Of a stretch of 64,000 nucleotides of DNA, positions 19,628 through 29,418 are shown one piece after another. Origin of the DNA: Candidatus Latescibacterota bacterium (GTDB lineage Bacteria > Latescibacterota > CBDEFO01). The position numbers and the translations under genes were made by a program. Position 1 is the first letter of the stretch; each line of letters begins with the position of its first letter. Location: the NCBI GenBank assembly GCA_965237525.1, contig CBDEFO010000007.1, forward strand, positions 704,001 through 768,000. The letters are read 5' to 3'. Below the pieces are notes generated by a model. It searched no databases. It was not told the origin of the DNA and saw only the letters and a list, made by a program, of their open reading frames with translations.

Positions 19628-20383
19628 ATGCGGTTTCTCGACCAGGTAGCCGTAGTTACAGGAGGCGGCAGCGGAATAGGGAAGGCTATCGCCTCTGTTT
19701 TGTCGGAAGAAGGGGCGTCCATAGTGATTATGGACGTGGATAAAGGTGCCACAGACGAGACAGTGCGGGAACTGGGGAAAAATAATGTCAAAACTTTGGG
19801 CCTGGAATGCGATGTCTCCGAAGTAAGACAGGTTCAAAAGGCTTTTGACTCTGCGATAGATCAGTTTGGAAGGATCGACATTCTGGTCAACAACGCAGGT
19901 ATTCAGTTCAACTGCCCGATTGTAGAGCTTTCCCCGGAAGATTGGAAGCGGGTCTTGGGCGTGGATTTAGACGGTGTTTTCTTCTGCAGTCAGGCGGCGG
20001 GACGGTATATGATCGATCAGAAAGGCGGCTGTATCGTGAACATCTCCTCGATAGCAGGGCCTTTTGCCTTCCCAAGGAGAGCGCCCTATTGTGTAAGCAA
20101 ATCCGGGGTGATAGCCCTAACCAAGGTGTTAGCTGCAGAATGGGCGGAATATAACATCCGTGCCAACGCTGTGGCACCCGGATATGTGGAAGCGGGAATA
20201 TTGCTCAAGTTTGCCGAACTTGGACACGTAGACCTGGAAGAGCTCAGGCAAAAGAATCTGATGAAGCGTCTGGCAGATCCTATTGAGGTAGCCCGGACCG
20301 TGGCGTTTCTGGCGTCTCCCGATGCAAGCCACATCACGGGCGAGACGCTCTTTGTGGATGGAGGATACAGCGCGATGAAGTGA
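19628..20383 (+). CDS. SDR family (FabG-like) oxidoreductase
   Basis: TGGGSGIG, NNAG, YCVSK, ITGETLFVDGG; GAGG RBS before ATG 19628. Confidence 0.92.
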   Translation: MRFLDQVAVVTGGGSGIGKAIASVLSEEGASIVIMDVDKGATDETVRELGKNNVKTLGLECDVSEVRQVQKAFDSAIDQFGRIDILVNNAGIQFNCPIVELSPEDWKRVLGVDLDGVFFCSQAAGRYMIDQKGGCIVNISSIAGPFAFPRRAPYCVSKSGVIALTKVLAAEWAEYNIRANAVAPGYVEAGILLKFAELGHVDLEELRQKNLMKRLADPIEVARTVAFLASPDASHITGETLFVDGGYSAMK

Positions 20384-20397
20384 TAAATGCAAAGGTA

Positions 20398-21261
20398 TCA
20401 CAACATCGCAATAAGCCCTGTCGATCCTGTAGCTCAGCAGTAGTACGAGAATCTCTCAATTTTCCCTCTCCTTACAATGCCTAATATGACCCTGATGGCT
20501 GCGTAGCCTGAGATGTACGCCGCCGCTGTCGCTGAGAAGAAGTGGATAAGAGAGGGGTCACCGAAGAGTATGGAAAAGCTTTTGGGGGAGAAAGAAGTAT
20601 AGGACACGTGCAAGGCGATCGGGCGACTTAACTGGAGCACTGTTTGCGCCGAGTATTGCAGGGATGGCAAATAGGAATGAGAATCGAACGGTGTATTCCA
20701 CCTGGACGCCTCTCAGAAGGGCTGTGACGATGGTGAAACCCGACCTGGAGATACCCGGAAGAACGCGAAGGCCTCAGCGATCCCTATAACGATAACATCT
20801 CTTGCATTCTGATCTCTTGCAGGGTTAGGACTGTAGCGGGTGCACCAAAGGAATGTCCCTGTAACTATGAGCATGATAGGTGCCAGCTGAGGGATGGGAA
20901 ATAAGCACTCTATATGACTTTTGAAAAAAAACCGGCTATCGCTATTGGAACTGTGGCAAGAAGCAGGAACAAGATGGTCCTCAGATTCAGGGCTTCGTTC
21001 GACAATAAGCGTAAATTTTGACCTTTAGAGACGCTCTCTGTCGCAACTAAGAGCGAGGATGTGAGGTTCTTCAAGTCCCTCCAGAAGGCTGTACATATGG
21101 TAAGGAGGGGACCAAAGTGGGTCATAACCTCAAAGGAGATTCCAGGGGGATCGATATCTAATATGTATTGTAGAAACACCAGGTGACGGCTACTGCTTAC
21201 TGGGCGGAATTCGGTTTGACGCCTGGGCAAGACCGATCAGGAGAGCTTGAGATAGGGTCAT
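20398..21261 (-). pseudogene. uppP: Undecaprenyl-diphosphate phosphatase (BacA/UppP) pseudogene
   Basis: MTLSQALLIGLAQ then frameshift to TEFRPVSSSRHL (cf. TEFLPVSSSGH), PGISRSG fragment, C-terminal FSYYC*; several frameshifts and stops. Confidence 0.85.
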
Positions 21262-21267
21262 GCTCGT

Positions 21268-22869
21268 TCAAAGCTCCATCGGTTTTAGCATACAGCCCTC
21301 TGTAAATATCTCAAAGAAGTCTGCCTCCTGTTCCAGTTCGATATGTTCTATCTTCTTGACTTCTGTTTCGAGGAACTGCCGTCTTTGTTTTGAAAGCAGT
21401 ATTTCTTTCGCCCCTTCCAGAGCTGCGTTCCCGACCTTTACTATCTTTTCTTTGGGAAACGGCGGGATAAGGCCGATGGCGATGGCGTTTTCGGCCGTCA
21501 TATAATTTGCAAAGCCTCCGGCAAAGTAGAATTTCTTGATTTTATCTAAACTTATTCCGGATTTCCTCAAAAGTATCTGCTGTCCCGAGTAGTTGGCGGC
21601 TTTGGCCTGCGCAAGTTCGCTCAAGTCCTTTCTGGAGAGCGTTATCTTCGGGCCCTCTGCGACCGTGTATTTGTCTACGCCGTCGGTGAACCTTGTGAGT
21701 TGATCGAGTCTGCCCTTTCTCAGAAGTTCCGCCATAAGGTCTATAAGACCTGAGCCGCATATCCCTCTGGGCTCTATGCCTCCTATTGTGCTACATCTCA
21801 GTTTACCGTTATCGAAGGATGCGGACTCTATTGCTCCCTCCAGTCCGGGCATTCCGTAGGTGATTCCTCCTCCCTCAAAGGCGGGTCCTGCAGGACAGGA
21901 GGCTGCCAGCATACGGTCTCTGTTTCCAAGCAGGACTTCTGTGTTCGTGCCTATATCTACGAGCATATTCGGCTCGTCAGATTCGAGCATTCCTGTGGAC
22001 ACTAGACAGGATGCGGCGTCGGCTCCCACGTGGCATCCGACTAAAGGAGCGCCGTAGACCTTCCCTTTGCGGTTTATTCTGACGCCCGTTTTGAACGCCC
22101 TTGCGCTTAAGGACGTGGTGGATCTTTTGCCCTGTTCCATCTCTATTTCGGTGACGGATTTGTAGGGCTTCTCTCCGATAGACTTTACACTTATTTTGAA
22201 GAATATATCTCTCATCGTGGCATTTCCGACCGCGACCATTTCGTATATCTGGTTCCTTCTGCAGGGAAAGTCTCTTATTTCGTTGTTTATATATGCCAGC
22301 AGGACTTTGTTGAGTTCTCCGTTTTGATGTTCGTTTTCGTACTGGATCCTGTGCATTATGTCGCTGCCGCCGAACATCTGTGGATTTTCAAAGGAGGTAT
22401 TGGCTACTTCCTCTCCTGTCTGCAGGTCCATAAGACTCATCACTATCGTAGTTGTGCCGATGTCGGCTGCGATGCCGTAGATTTTGTCTCTATATTGATC
22501 TATCTCCTCATCGTTGTAGAGGACTACCTCGCCTCTTCTCTTAACCACAGGGTCCAGTTCTATCTTCTTGGGCTCTCCGAACGTAAGTATTTTGGGGCGT
22601 CTTACGAGTGTAAGTACCTGTATATCTTTTGTGGAATCTGCTATTTTCGCCTGACAGGAGAGCCTGAAGTTCTCTTCGAGAAACTGTTCCTGTTCGGCTT
22701 TGGGTGTTAGGGCGCCGATCCCCTCCTTGATTTCGACTATGCATTCGTGACAGCTTCCGACTCTACCGCAGGAAGTGGGCACTTTTATGTCGAGATCGTC
22801 CGCAAAATCAAATATGGTTGCTTCTTTCCGGAGTTTTGTCTCTTTATAATTTATGGAGATTTTCCCCAT
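21268..22869 (-). CDS. ASKHA-type ATPase with N-terminal 2Fe-2S (DUF4445; RACo/AcsV-like reductive activator of corrinoid proteins)
   Basis: CGRVGSCHEC, RLSCQ, DIGTTT, VDIGTNTE, AGPAFEGG, GICGSG, AGGF, GNAAL. Confidence 0.9.
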   Translation of the reverse strand: MGKISINYKETKLRKEATIFDFADDLDIKVPTSCGRVGSCHECIVEIKEGIGALTPKAEQEQFLEENFRLSCQAKIADSTKDIQVLTLVRRPKILTFGEPKKIELDPVVKRRGEVVLYNDEEIDQYRDKIYGIAADIGTTTIVMSLMDLQTGEEVANTSFENPQMFGGSDIMHRIQYENEHQNGELNKVLLAYINNEIRDFPCRRNQIYEMVAVGNATMRDIFFKISVKSIGEKPYKSVTEIEMEQGKRSTTSLSARAFKTGVRINRKGKVYGAPLVGCHVGADAASCLVSTGMLESDEPNMLVDIGTNTEVLLGNRDRMLAASCPAGPAFEGGGITYGMPGLEGAIESASFDNGKLRCSTIGGIEPRGICGSGLIDLMAELLRKGRLDQLTRFTDGVDKYTVAEGPKITLSRKDLSELAQAKAANYSGQQILLRKSGISLDKIKKFYFAGGFANYMTAENAIAIGLIPPFPKEKIVKVGNAALEGAKEILLSKQRRQFLETEVKKIEHIELEQEADFFEIFTEGCMLKPMEL

Positions 22870-23029
22870 TGTGGATTATGCCCTTAATCTTGATTTGTGA
22901 AAATGGCTTGACAATCCTCGTCATATTTCTTTAAGATCTGGAGAGGAAATAGCGGACAGATCCAACAGTGCTTAACATTCATCGAATAGGAGGGGCATGA
23001 AGGAGAGCATAGAGGGGGCAAGTGAGCAA

Positions 23030-23620
23030 CTAAAAGAATTCTTTCAGGTCGCGCTCTTTACGTTTTGGACTTTCTTTTTCCTCTTTTTCTATCATATCCT
23101 GGTTAATGCCATTTTCATCCATTATCCTTCGGGCTACGTATATAGGGGCTGATACCCTGACAGCCAATGCTAGCGCGTCACTGGGGCGGGCGTCTACTTC
23201 CAGGGTGGAATCGTTGGTCTTCAGGCTAATAGTGGCATAATAAGTATTGTTTCTAAGGTCATCCACATATATGTAGAGAACTTCCACACCAAGGGTCCTG
23301 AGTACTGACTTCAAAAGATCGTGAGTCATAGGTCTGATCATCTTCTTTTTATATGTCTCGCGAAGGATAGCCTCAGATTCACAGGTGCCTATGGTGATAG
23401 GAAGGAACCTTTCTTCTTCCTTGTCGCTCAGGAGAACGACAGGAAAACCGAGGATGTTGTCGGCCGTGACGGTATATATCTTAGCCTCAACGGACGAACG
23501 GGGAACATTGGAGGGCAATTTTCTCTCAGACGCAAAGATGTCACGGCTTCTGTTGCCGGAGCAGTCTAAAAGAGCTGCAAGAGCAACAGCTATCAGCAGA
23601 AATAGTCTGAGTTTAACCAT
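23030..23620 (-). CDS. Bifunctional nuclease family protein (DUF151) with lipoprotein-like signal peptide
   Basis: LPITIG.CE, RPMTHDL, DARPSDALALA; N-terminal MVKLRLFLLIAVALAALLDC. Confidence 0.85.
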   Translation of the reverse strand: MVKLRLFLLIAVALAALLDCSGNRSRDIFASERKLPSNVPRSSVEAKIYTVTADNILGFPVVLLSDKEEERFLPITIGTCESEAILRETYKKKMIRPMTHDLLKSVLRTLGVEVLYIYVDDLRNNTYYATISLKTNDSTLEVDARPSDALALAVRVSAPIYVARRIMDENGINQDMIEKEEKESPKRKERDLKEFF

Positions 23621-23704
23621 AGTGACTCTCCTCTTTACATTGAAGATTTAGGTTCAACTTATGAAGCTGACGACTGCTCCATGCAGACAGGCATTGCATG
23701 TCAA

Positions 23705-23733
23705 AGTATAGGGTATATTGTGTGAGAAGTCAA
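23705..23733 (-). promoter_or_regulatory. Putative sigma70 promoter of the DUF151 gene
   Basis: Minus strand TTGACT-17 bp-TATACT. Confidence 0.5.
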
Positions 23734-23769
23734 GGTCTTTTTTGACGCTTTCGGACAGGTTGTTTTTAG

Positions 23770-23998
23770 CCCGAATAATTCATAAAAAAAGGCAGTGTAT
23801 TAATTAAGGGATTGAATTATATTATAATTATGCCGTTTGACCACTTTCGGTGTTATTGCGAGCCGAAGGCGAAGCAATCTCGATTCTGTGGTAGATGTAA
23901 TACTCTCCGGCTCTCATAGGAGATCACTATAAAACCTTGAGATTGCTTCGTCGCTTTGCTCCTCGCAATGACTCCACCAAGTTTATGAATTAATCGGG
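23770..23998. mobile_element. MITE-like element C (229 bp)
   Basis: Ends cccgaataattcat / atgaattaatcggg, direct TTAG flanks (23766-23769, 23999-24002); carries two REP-like hairpins. Confidence 0.85.
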
Positions 23999-24108
23999 TT
24001 AGAAGATTATGAGAAAGCTTTTGAGTTTGGTTCTTCTTTGCTACTCCTTCACAGAGTCGAGATTTGGCACTTATGAATGGCTCTGCTTGGCCTCGGACTC
24101 AATTCGCT

Positions 24109-24154
24109 GTCAGCCGAAGCCCAGAGCCACGCGAAGGGTCAGCCAAGCAATCTC
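24109..24154. repeat. Short REP-like element
   Basis: gaagcccagagccacgcgaagggtcagccaagcaatctc, matching part of 14223..14261. Confidence 0.55.
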
Positions 24155-24287
24155 AATTATCAAGCGGCACGCAGGAGTTTACATTTTGGAGCAACGTAGT
24201 GATTGTCACATATCAATCAAATCTTCGTAACCGAATTATGCCGAAGATCAAGAAAGCCTCGGATGAGGATACGGAGGTGTCGAGCCT

Positions 24288-24891
24288 GTGAGATTGACCG
24301 GATAGTTTGTTGAGGGATACACTCTGGATTGCAACAAAAAACAGTTGGGGGAAGACACATAAGAAAAGAGATAGTGGATCTTGTATTCATGTGCAAATAC
24401 AGATTTGAGAGGAGTCCGGCAGCGGATATAGCTGATAGGATAAATATCTTTTCGACAAAACCAGACAATTTGCAGACGTAGACGTAATAACAAACGCGCC
24501 TTCGGCGTTGAAGGGCAGACCCTTTGACCCTATGGTCGTTATCGGAGAGGAGTTGGAAAAAAGGAAAGGAATTAAGCACGATGCAAGGCTCATAACGAAG
24601 GAGAGAAAGAACTATCCTCAGAAGGTCATGATAGGTCGGGATCAAAAAGATGCCAACGTTAAAGGAACCTTTGCGATAAAAGATGCAGGAAAGGTCAAAG
24701 GAAAGCAGGTTCTGTTTGTGGACGATATTTACGATTCCGGTGCGACGGCTAACGAGTGCGCGAAGGTGCTGAAGATGGCAGGAGCATCGGGGGTCAATGC
24801 GTTGTGTTTAACTGAGACGATTCGTTTTTATACTCACCAAATAATAGATGGTAAAGAAAGTGTATTGGATTGGATGATCTCGAGTACATAG
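24288..24891 (+). pseudogene. ComF-like phosphoribosyltransferase, 5' part degraded
   Basis: NVKGTF, VLFVDDIYDSGAT PRT motif in 24508..24891; upstream frames contain several stops; directly before dprA. Confidence 0.7.
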
Positions 24892-25757
24892 TGACGTTAG
24901 GACAGGTGGAGGGAATTGGGCCCAGGATATTCAGGCGGTTAGTGAGAGAACTTGGGTCGGCGCGCAAGGTCCTGTCAGCTTCGCCAAAGGATATCAGAGA
25001 CATTCGCGGGATCGGCAATGAGAGGGCACAACTGATCCGTAAGGCATCGGGGAATGTGGGGCAGACAGGAAATAATATAGCGGCGATAAAGAACAGAGGA
25101 ATAGATGTGATCACCTTTTCGGATGCATCCTATCCGAGGAAGTTACTGAAATTGGAGGATGACGCTCCGATCTTTCTTTACGTGAAAGGTACTTTAAAAG
25201 TCGAAGACGAAAAGTGCGTAGCGATTGTGGGGACCCATAAAGCCACTCAAAGGGGAATGAAAGATGCTCTAAAATTAGCGCGCAGTCTGGCAGAGGAGGG
25301 CGTAACTATCGCCAGCGGTCTGGCTTTGGGAATAGATACCGAGGCTCACAGAGGCGCACTGGAGAAAGGCAGGACGATTGGAGTCCTGGGTTCAGGCTTA
25401 GAAAGAGTGTACCCTAAAGATAACAAAGAATTAGCCGATAGGATTATTAAAAGGGGAGCGCTAATTTCAGAGTATGAGCCGAACACAGGCGTAAGTGTGG
25501 GACGGTTGATGTCAAGGAACAGGGTCGTTGTAGGCATTTCAAAGGTGTTGATAGTGGTCGAAGCTCTTATTAACAGTGCAGGCACAATGGAGGCCCTGGA
25601 ACGTGCCAAACAGCAGAGGAAGACAGTTTATGCCTTAAAGCCGAAGGGATTATCTGAAGCTGCAGGTGGGTTTGAGGAGTTAATAAAGGTTGGAGCTGTT
25701 GTACTTGAGAGGGCCGACCTCTTAGAGATGGTACTGCAGAGCGTAAAGGGAAAATAA
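24870..25757 (+). CDS. dprA: DNA-processing protein DprA
   Basis: HhH-like GIGP/GIG, YP..L, VAIVGT, SGLALGIDTEAH, LISEY, RNRVV. Confidence 0.9.
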   Translation: MDDLEYIVTLGQVEGIGPRIFRRLVRELGSARKVLSASPKDIRDIRGIGNERAQLIRKASGNVGQTGNNIAAIKNRGIDVITFSDASYPRKLLKLEDDAPIFLYVKGTLKVEDEKCVAIVGTHKATQRGMKDALKLARSLAEEGVTIASGLALGIDTEAHRGALEKGRTIGVLGSGLERVYPKDNKELADRIIKRGALISEYEPNTGVSVGRLMSRNRVVVGISKVLIVVEALINSAGTMEALERAKQQRKTVYALKPKGLSEAAGGFEELIKVGAVVLERADLLEMVLQSVKGK

Positions 25758-25868
25758 AGAGACTTACCGTGTCCTCAAAGAGGCGGCCGATTTTAGAAAT
25801 CAGGTAACTTCTCTATTTATCCCGAACTTATATTAGACGAGTCATCTTCTACTAATGTGCTTTTTCAC

Positions 25869-25898
25869 TTGACAAATTCAGGTATTTGTGTGTATAAT
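25869..25898 (+). promoter_or_regulatory. Consensus sigma70 promoter
   Basis: TTGACA-18 bp-TATAAT. Confidence 0.65.
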
Positions 25899-25928
25899 AA
25901 ATGGGTTATATAATTTACACATTCTTTA

Positions 25929-27449
25929 GAAGCCTTGTGAAATAGTTATGTCCCAGGCAGCGTCTGAAGCGCCGATTATGGGTCAAAGAGAAGCATATCG
26001 TATCGTTTTGCTGTGGAATAAGCAAAATAGTCTTATCAGAGTTCTGGTCAGCAAGGAATAGGAGCTGTTTGAAGAACAGGATGCACTGTCTTTGACAGAC
26101 AGGGCACACATAGACGCTTTCCCCCTTCTTATGAAAGATACAAGCCTCTTGAGATTCTGTACTGTTGCAACAAGATTCAACTGTTCATTCAGTGAGGCTG
26201 GTCCTCTATAACGGGCTCGTCCCATACCGTGTTGTTGCCTGGCTTCAGCAAAGATATGTTCACTGCGTTTACGGAGTCTCCGGGAGAGTTTGTAGTCAGC
26301 TGTTAATGAGATAGACCGCGCATGATTTCTGGCTTTCGCCTCTCGCACTTTTCTATCCCGTTCGGCCTGAATATGTGCTGGATTTGTCTTGTTTTTCCAT
26401 GTAGGAATCGGTTCAATCTTCTCATCGGCTCGCAGAGGAATATGGGGTATGATTCCCCGGTCAAGCACATCAGCGATAAAATTACCAGAACCGTAACCGG
26501 TATCGGCACTAAGTGTCTGAATGTCTTTGGGCATGGTGTATGTTTCAAGGTCATCTACCATCTTAAGGGCACTTTCGGGCTCTGCTGTCCCTGTCGCCTG
26601 CGTGCCCTGAGTCTCAAGGATTACTCTGCTTTTTGTGTCGATCAGATCATGGCCCATAAACGAGAGAAAAGCCCCTTTGCCCTTCGATTTGCTGTATAAG
26701 CGCGCGTCGGGGTCTGTAGTCGAACGGTGTGTTTGGTTCGTCCACTTTTCACCATGAAAGTCTTTATCCTGAGAATGCCCGGACCTACCCTTTGTCTTAT
26801 CACCTTCAAAACCGATTCCCTTGAGATAATCATCAAGAGAAACAGGGGGTTCTATCGGCTCAATACTTTTCACTGAAGCATCAGCTTGTATCTGAGTGCC
26901 GTCGACACTAAGGTGTTTACCGCTCACAAGACCGACATCTATGCAACACTGGACTACCTGACGCATTATCCGTTCAAACAACCCACTGGATGCCCACTTG
27001 TGATTGCGAAGCTTGTTGATCGTGCTCCTATCCGGAACCGCATCATCAAATGTCTGATGACAAAACAACCGATATGCCGCATGCATCCCCACTTCCTGAC
27101 AGAGCCGATTCTCACTCAAATTATACAGATAGCCAATAAGGATCATTCGAACAACTAATTCAGGATCAATACCGGGTCTGCCATTGTCAGGGCAATAACA
27201 ATCTGATACAACGTCTCGTACAAATGAAAAATCAACTGCCTCATCAATCTGACGAAGGATATGATCCTCGGGAACTAAATCCTCCATCTGAAAATAGTGA
27301 AACATCGGATTTGTCTGTTCCTGCTTTTGTGGGGTCATTGTTTCCTCCATGTATAATATTATCAATAACATAATATAATACATCGGAACTGCTTTATCAA
27401 TGCTTGTTTTATACTATTTTCTGAATCTAAGGGTTTTTCACAAGGCTTT
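25929..27449 (-). mobile_element. IS1182-family insertion sequence
   Basis: Inverted ends (g)aagccttgtgaaa / tttcacaaggctt(t); TA on both flanks (exact target duplication uncertain). Confidence 0.88.
25983..27338 (-). CDS. IS1182-family DDE transposase (DUF772 plus DDE_Tnp_1_6)
   Basis: LVPEDHILR, GRPGIDP, PDRST, VDGT, STTDPDAR, ADTGY, EHIFAE. Confidence 0.92.
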   Translation of the reverse strand: MTPQKQEQTNPMFHYFQMEDLVPEDHILRQIDEAVDFSFVRDVVSDCYCPDNGRPGIDPELVVRMILIGYLYNLSENRLCQEVGMHAAYRLFCHQTFDDAVPDRSTINKLRNHKWASSGLFERIMRQVVQCCIDVGLVSGKHLSVDGTQIQADASVKSIEPIEPPVSLDDYLKGIGFEGDKTKGRSGHSQDKDFHGEKWTNQTHRSTTDPDARLYSKSKGKGAFLSFMGHDLIDTKSRVILETQGTQATGTAEPESALKMVDDLETYTMPKDIQTLSADTGYGSGNFIADVLDRGIIPHIPLRADEKIEPIPTWKNKTNPAHIQAERDRKVREAKARNHARSISLTADYKLSRRLRKRSEHIFAEARQQHGMGRARYRGPASLNEQLNLVATVQNLKRLVSFIRRGKASMCALSVKDSASCSSNSSYSLLTRTLIRLFCLFHSKTIRYASL

Positions 27450-27481
27450 TAAGGAATATACTGTAGACGCGGAGGGTCGTC

Positions 27482-28501
27482 TTGACTGCTGATCTCATAG
27501 AAGCGACCGATATTGAGATAAACCTTCTGATCGTGGATGATGAAGCGCCTTTGAGGAAACATCTGAAGAAACTCCTGACCATGAAGAACTTGCAGGAGGA
27601 GTTAGGCAGGACGATCTATATAGATGAGGCCCCGGACGCCGATACGGCGGATGCTTTGATCGAGAGGCACTACGATATTATCCTTATGGATATGAGCATG
27701 CCAAATAGTAAGGGCGATCCGGACAAAGAAGTAGGGATCAAACTCCTACAGAGGATAAAGGAGAGGAGCCCGAAATCTGAAGTGATAGCCATAACGGGCT
27801 ACGGGACAGACGAAAAGGCCATCACTGCTATCGAGATGGGAGCTTTTTATTTTTTGCATAAGCCCTTCCCGAATGAGCTCTTGATCGCCCTGATTAAGCG
27901 GATCATCAATATGAAACATACTGAGAGATTAGCTCAGATAGACGGTTTGACAAATCTTTACAACAAGGCGTTCTTCAACACTATCTTAGAAAATGAAGTA
28001 AATAAATTCCCTAAGAAGGGGGAACCTAAAAGGAGGCTGGTCTCAGCCCTTTCTATCGCTATTGTGGATATAGACAACTTCAAACGGATCAACGATACCT
28101 ACGGGCACATAGAAGGGGACAGGACACTGAAGGCGGTGGCGAATGCCTTAAGGAGTTCCTCAAGACGGACGGATATAGTGGCGCGATGGGGAGGGGAAGA
28201 GTTTACGGTAATACTCCCAGGAGCGACAACTGCACCGGCTTTGAATCAAGCTGAAAGGATACGAAAAGCTGTAGGTAATGTGTCAGTTCCGCGCGAGGAT
28301 GGCAATGGGGAAATCCGCGTTACCGCTCGTGTAGGGGTGGCGACCTATCCATCTTTTTTTGAAGATGTGGAGGAATTACTCAAAAGGGCGGATGAGGCGA
28401 GCTATTTTGCAAGACAAAATGGGGGAAATACGACATGTGGGTACGATAGCGAAGGGAAGATCAGGAAGTTTTCGGAATTAGTAGAAAAAGTCGAAGCATA
28501 G
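27482..28501 (+). CDS. Response regulator / diguanylate cyclase (REC-GGDEF)
   Basis: LIVDDE, ILMDMSMP, DGLT, DIDNFK, RRTD I-site, RWGGEEF. Confidence 0.93.
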   Translation: MTADLIEATDIEINLLIVDDEAPLRKHLKKLLTMKNLQEELGRTIYIDEAPDADTADALIERHYDIILMDMSMPNSKGDPDKEVGIKLLQRIKERSPKSEVIAITGYGTDEKAITAIEMGAFYFLHKPFPNELLIALIKRIINMKHTERLAQIDGLTNLYNKAFFNTILENEVNKFPKKGEPKRRLVSALSIAIVDIDNFKRINDTYGHIEGDRTLKAVANALRSSSRRTDIVARWGGEEFTVILPGATTAPALNQAERIRKAVGNVSVPREDGNGEIRVTARVGVATYPSFFEDVEELLKRADEASYFARQNGGNTTCGYDSEGKIRKFSELVEKVEA

Positions 28502-28616
28502 AGGTTGGAGAGGATAAGGTTGCAAAGAAGCCACAAAAACGACCGAACTGTAATGTATTCTGCTTTTGCGTGCGTATTAAGTGATGATTCAGGATAGCCT
28601 CCTTTAAGGTGTAGAT

Positions 28617-29414
28617 TTGTATAAAGAATATTGGGGTCTAAAGGAATTTCCGTTCGAGAACGTTCCAGATCCGCGCTTCTTCTGGTCTTCCCCTGAGCAC
28701 GAAGAAGCTCTGGTAAGACTATTCTACACTATAAGCAACCGCAAGGGCGCGGCTATGCTCACGGGGGAAATCGGGTCGGGGAAGACGCTCCTGAGCAGAA
28801 CTCTGGTCAAAGCTTTGGGGAAAGATAAATATGAGATAGGATTGATAGCTAATCCGACCCTCTCTCCGATTGATTTTTTGAAGGAGATACTGTATCAACT
28901 GGGAGTCAAACCTAAAGCTGACGATAAATTAGAACTCCTGCACGCTTTGAGCGATTCAGCTGTAAATAATATCAGGATAGGAAAGAATACTGTTGTCATT
29001 GTGGATGAGGCTCAATCTATAAAGGACGATGATATTCTGGAAGAACTGCGGCTGCTTTTGAATTTTCAGTTGAACAACCAATTCCTTTTGACTCTTGTGC
29101 TTATAGGTCAGCCTGAGTTTAGAGAAAGAGTCGCCAAGATAAAACAGCTTGAACAGAGAATAGCTATCAAATACCACCTGAACAACCTGAATCTGGAAAA
29201 CACCAAAAACTATATCAATTTCCGTTTGAAGAAGGCAGGGGCGCAAAGAAAGATATTTACGGATGTGAGTACCGAGGCGCTGTACCGATATTCTTTAGGG
29301 CTTCCCAGGGAAATAAATAATCTTTGCGATATGTCGCTCCTTTTTGGATTTAGCGACAAAGTTCAAGAAATAGACCTCGATATTGTAGGGAAAGTCTCAG
29401 ATACGAGGAAGTGA
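28617..29414 (+). CDS. ExeA-like AAA ATPase (EPS-associated type)
   Basis: MYKEYWGLKEFPF...PDP, GEIGSGKT, IVDEAQ, LIGQPE, PREINNLCD. Confidence 0.9.
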   Translation: MYKEYWGLKEFPFENVPDPRFFWSSPEHEEALVRLFYTISNRKGAAMLTGEIGSGKTLLSRTLVKALGKDKYEIGLIANPTLSPIDFLKEILYQLGVKPKADDKLELLHALSDSAVNNIRIGKNTVVIVDEAQSIKDDDILEELRLLLNFQLNNQFLLTLVLIGQPEFRERVAKIKQLEQRIAIKYHLNNLNLENTKNYINFRLKKAGAQRKIFTDVSTEALYRYSLGLPREINNLCDMSLLFGFSDKVQEIDLDIVGKVSDTRK

Positions 29415-29418
29415 GATT

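Noticed and set aside
23621..23700. Fluoride-riboswitch-like words (gctgacgact) upstream of the DUF151 gene
   Set aside because: Wrong strand and element order; consensus incomplete
24009..24230. 73-aa ORF with signal-like start after MITE C
   Set aside because: Runs into a REP-like element; at best a gene remnant
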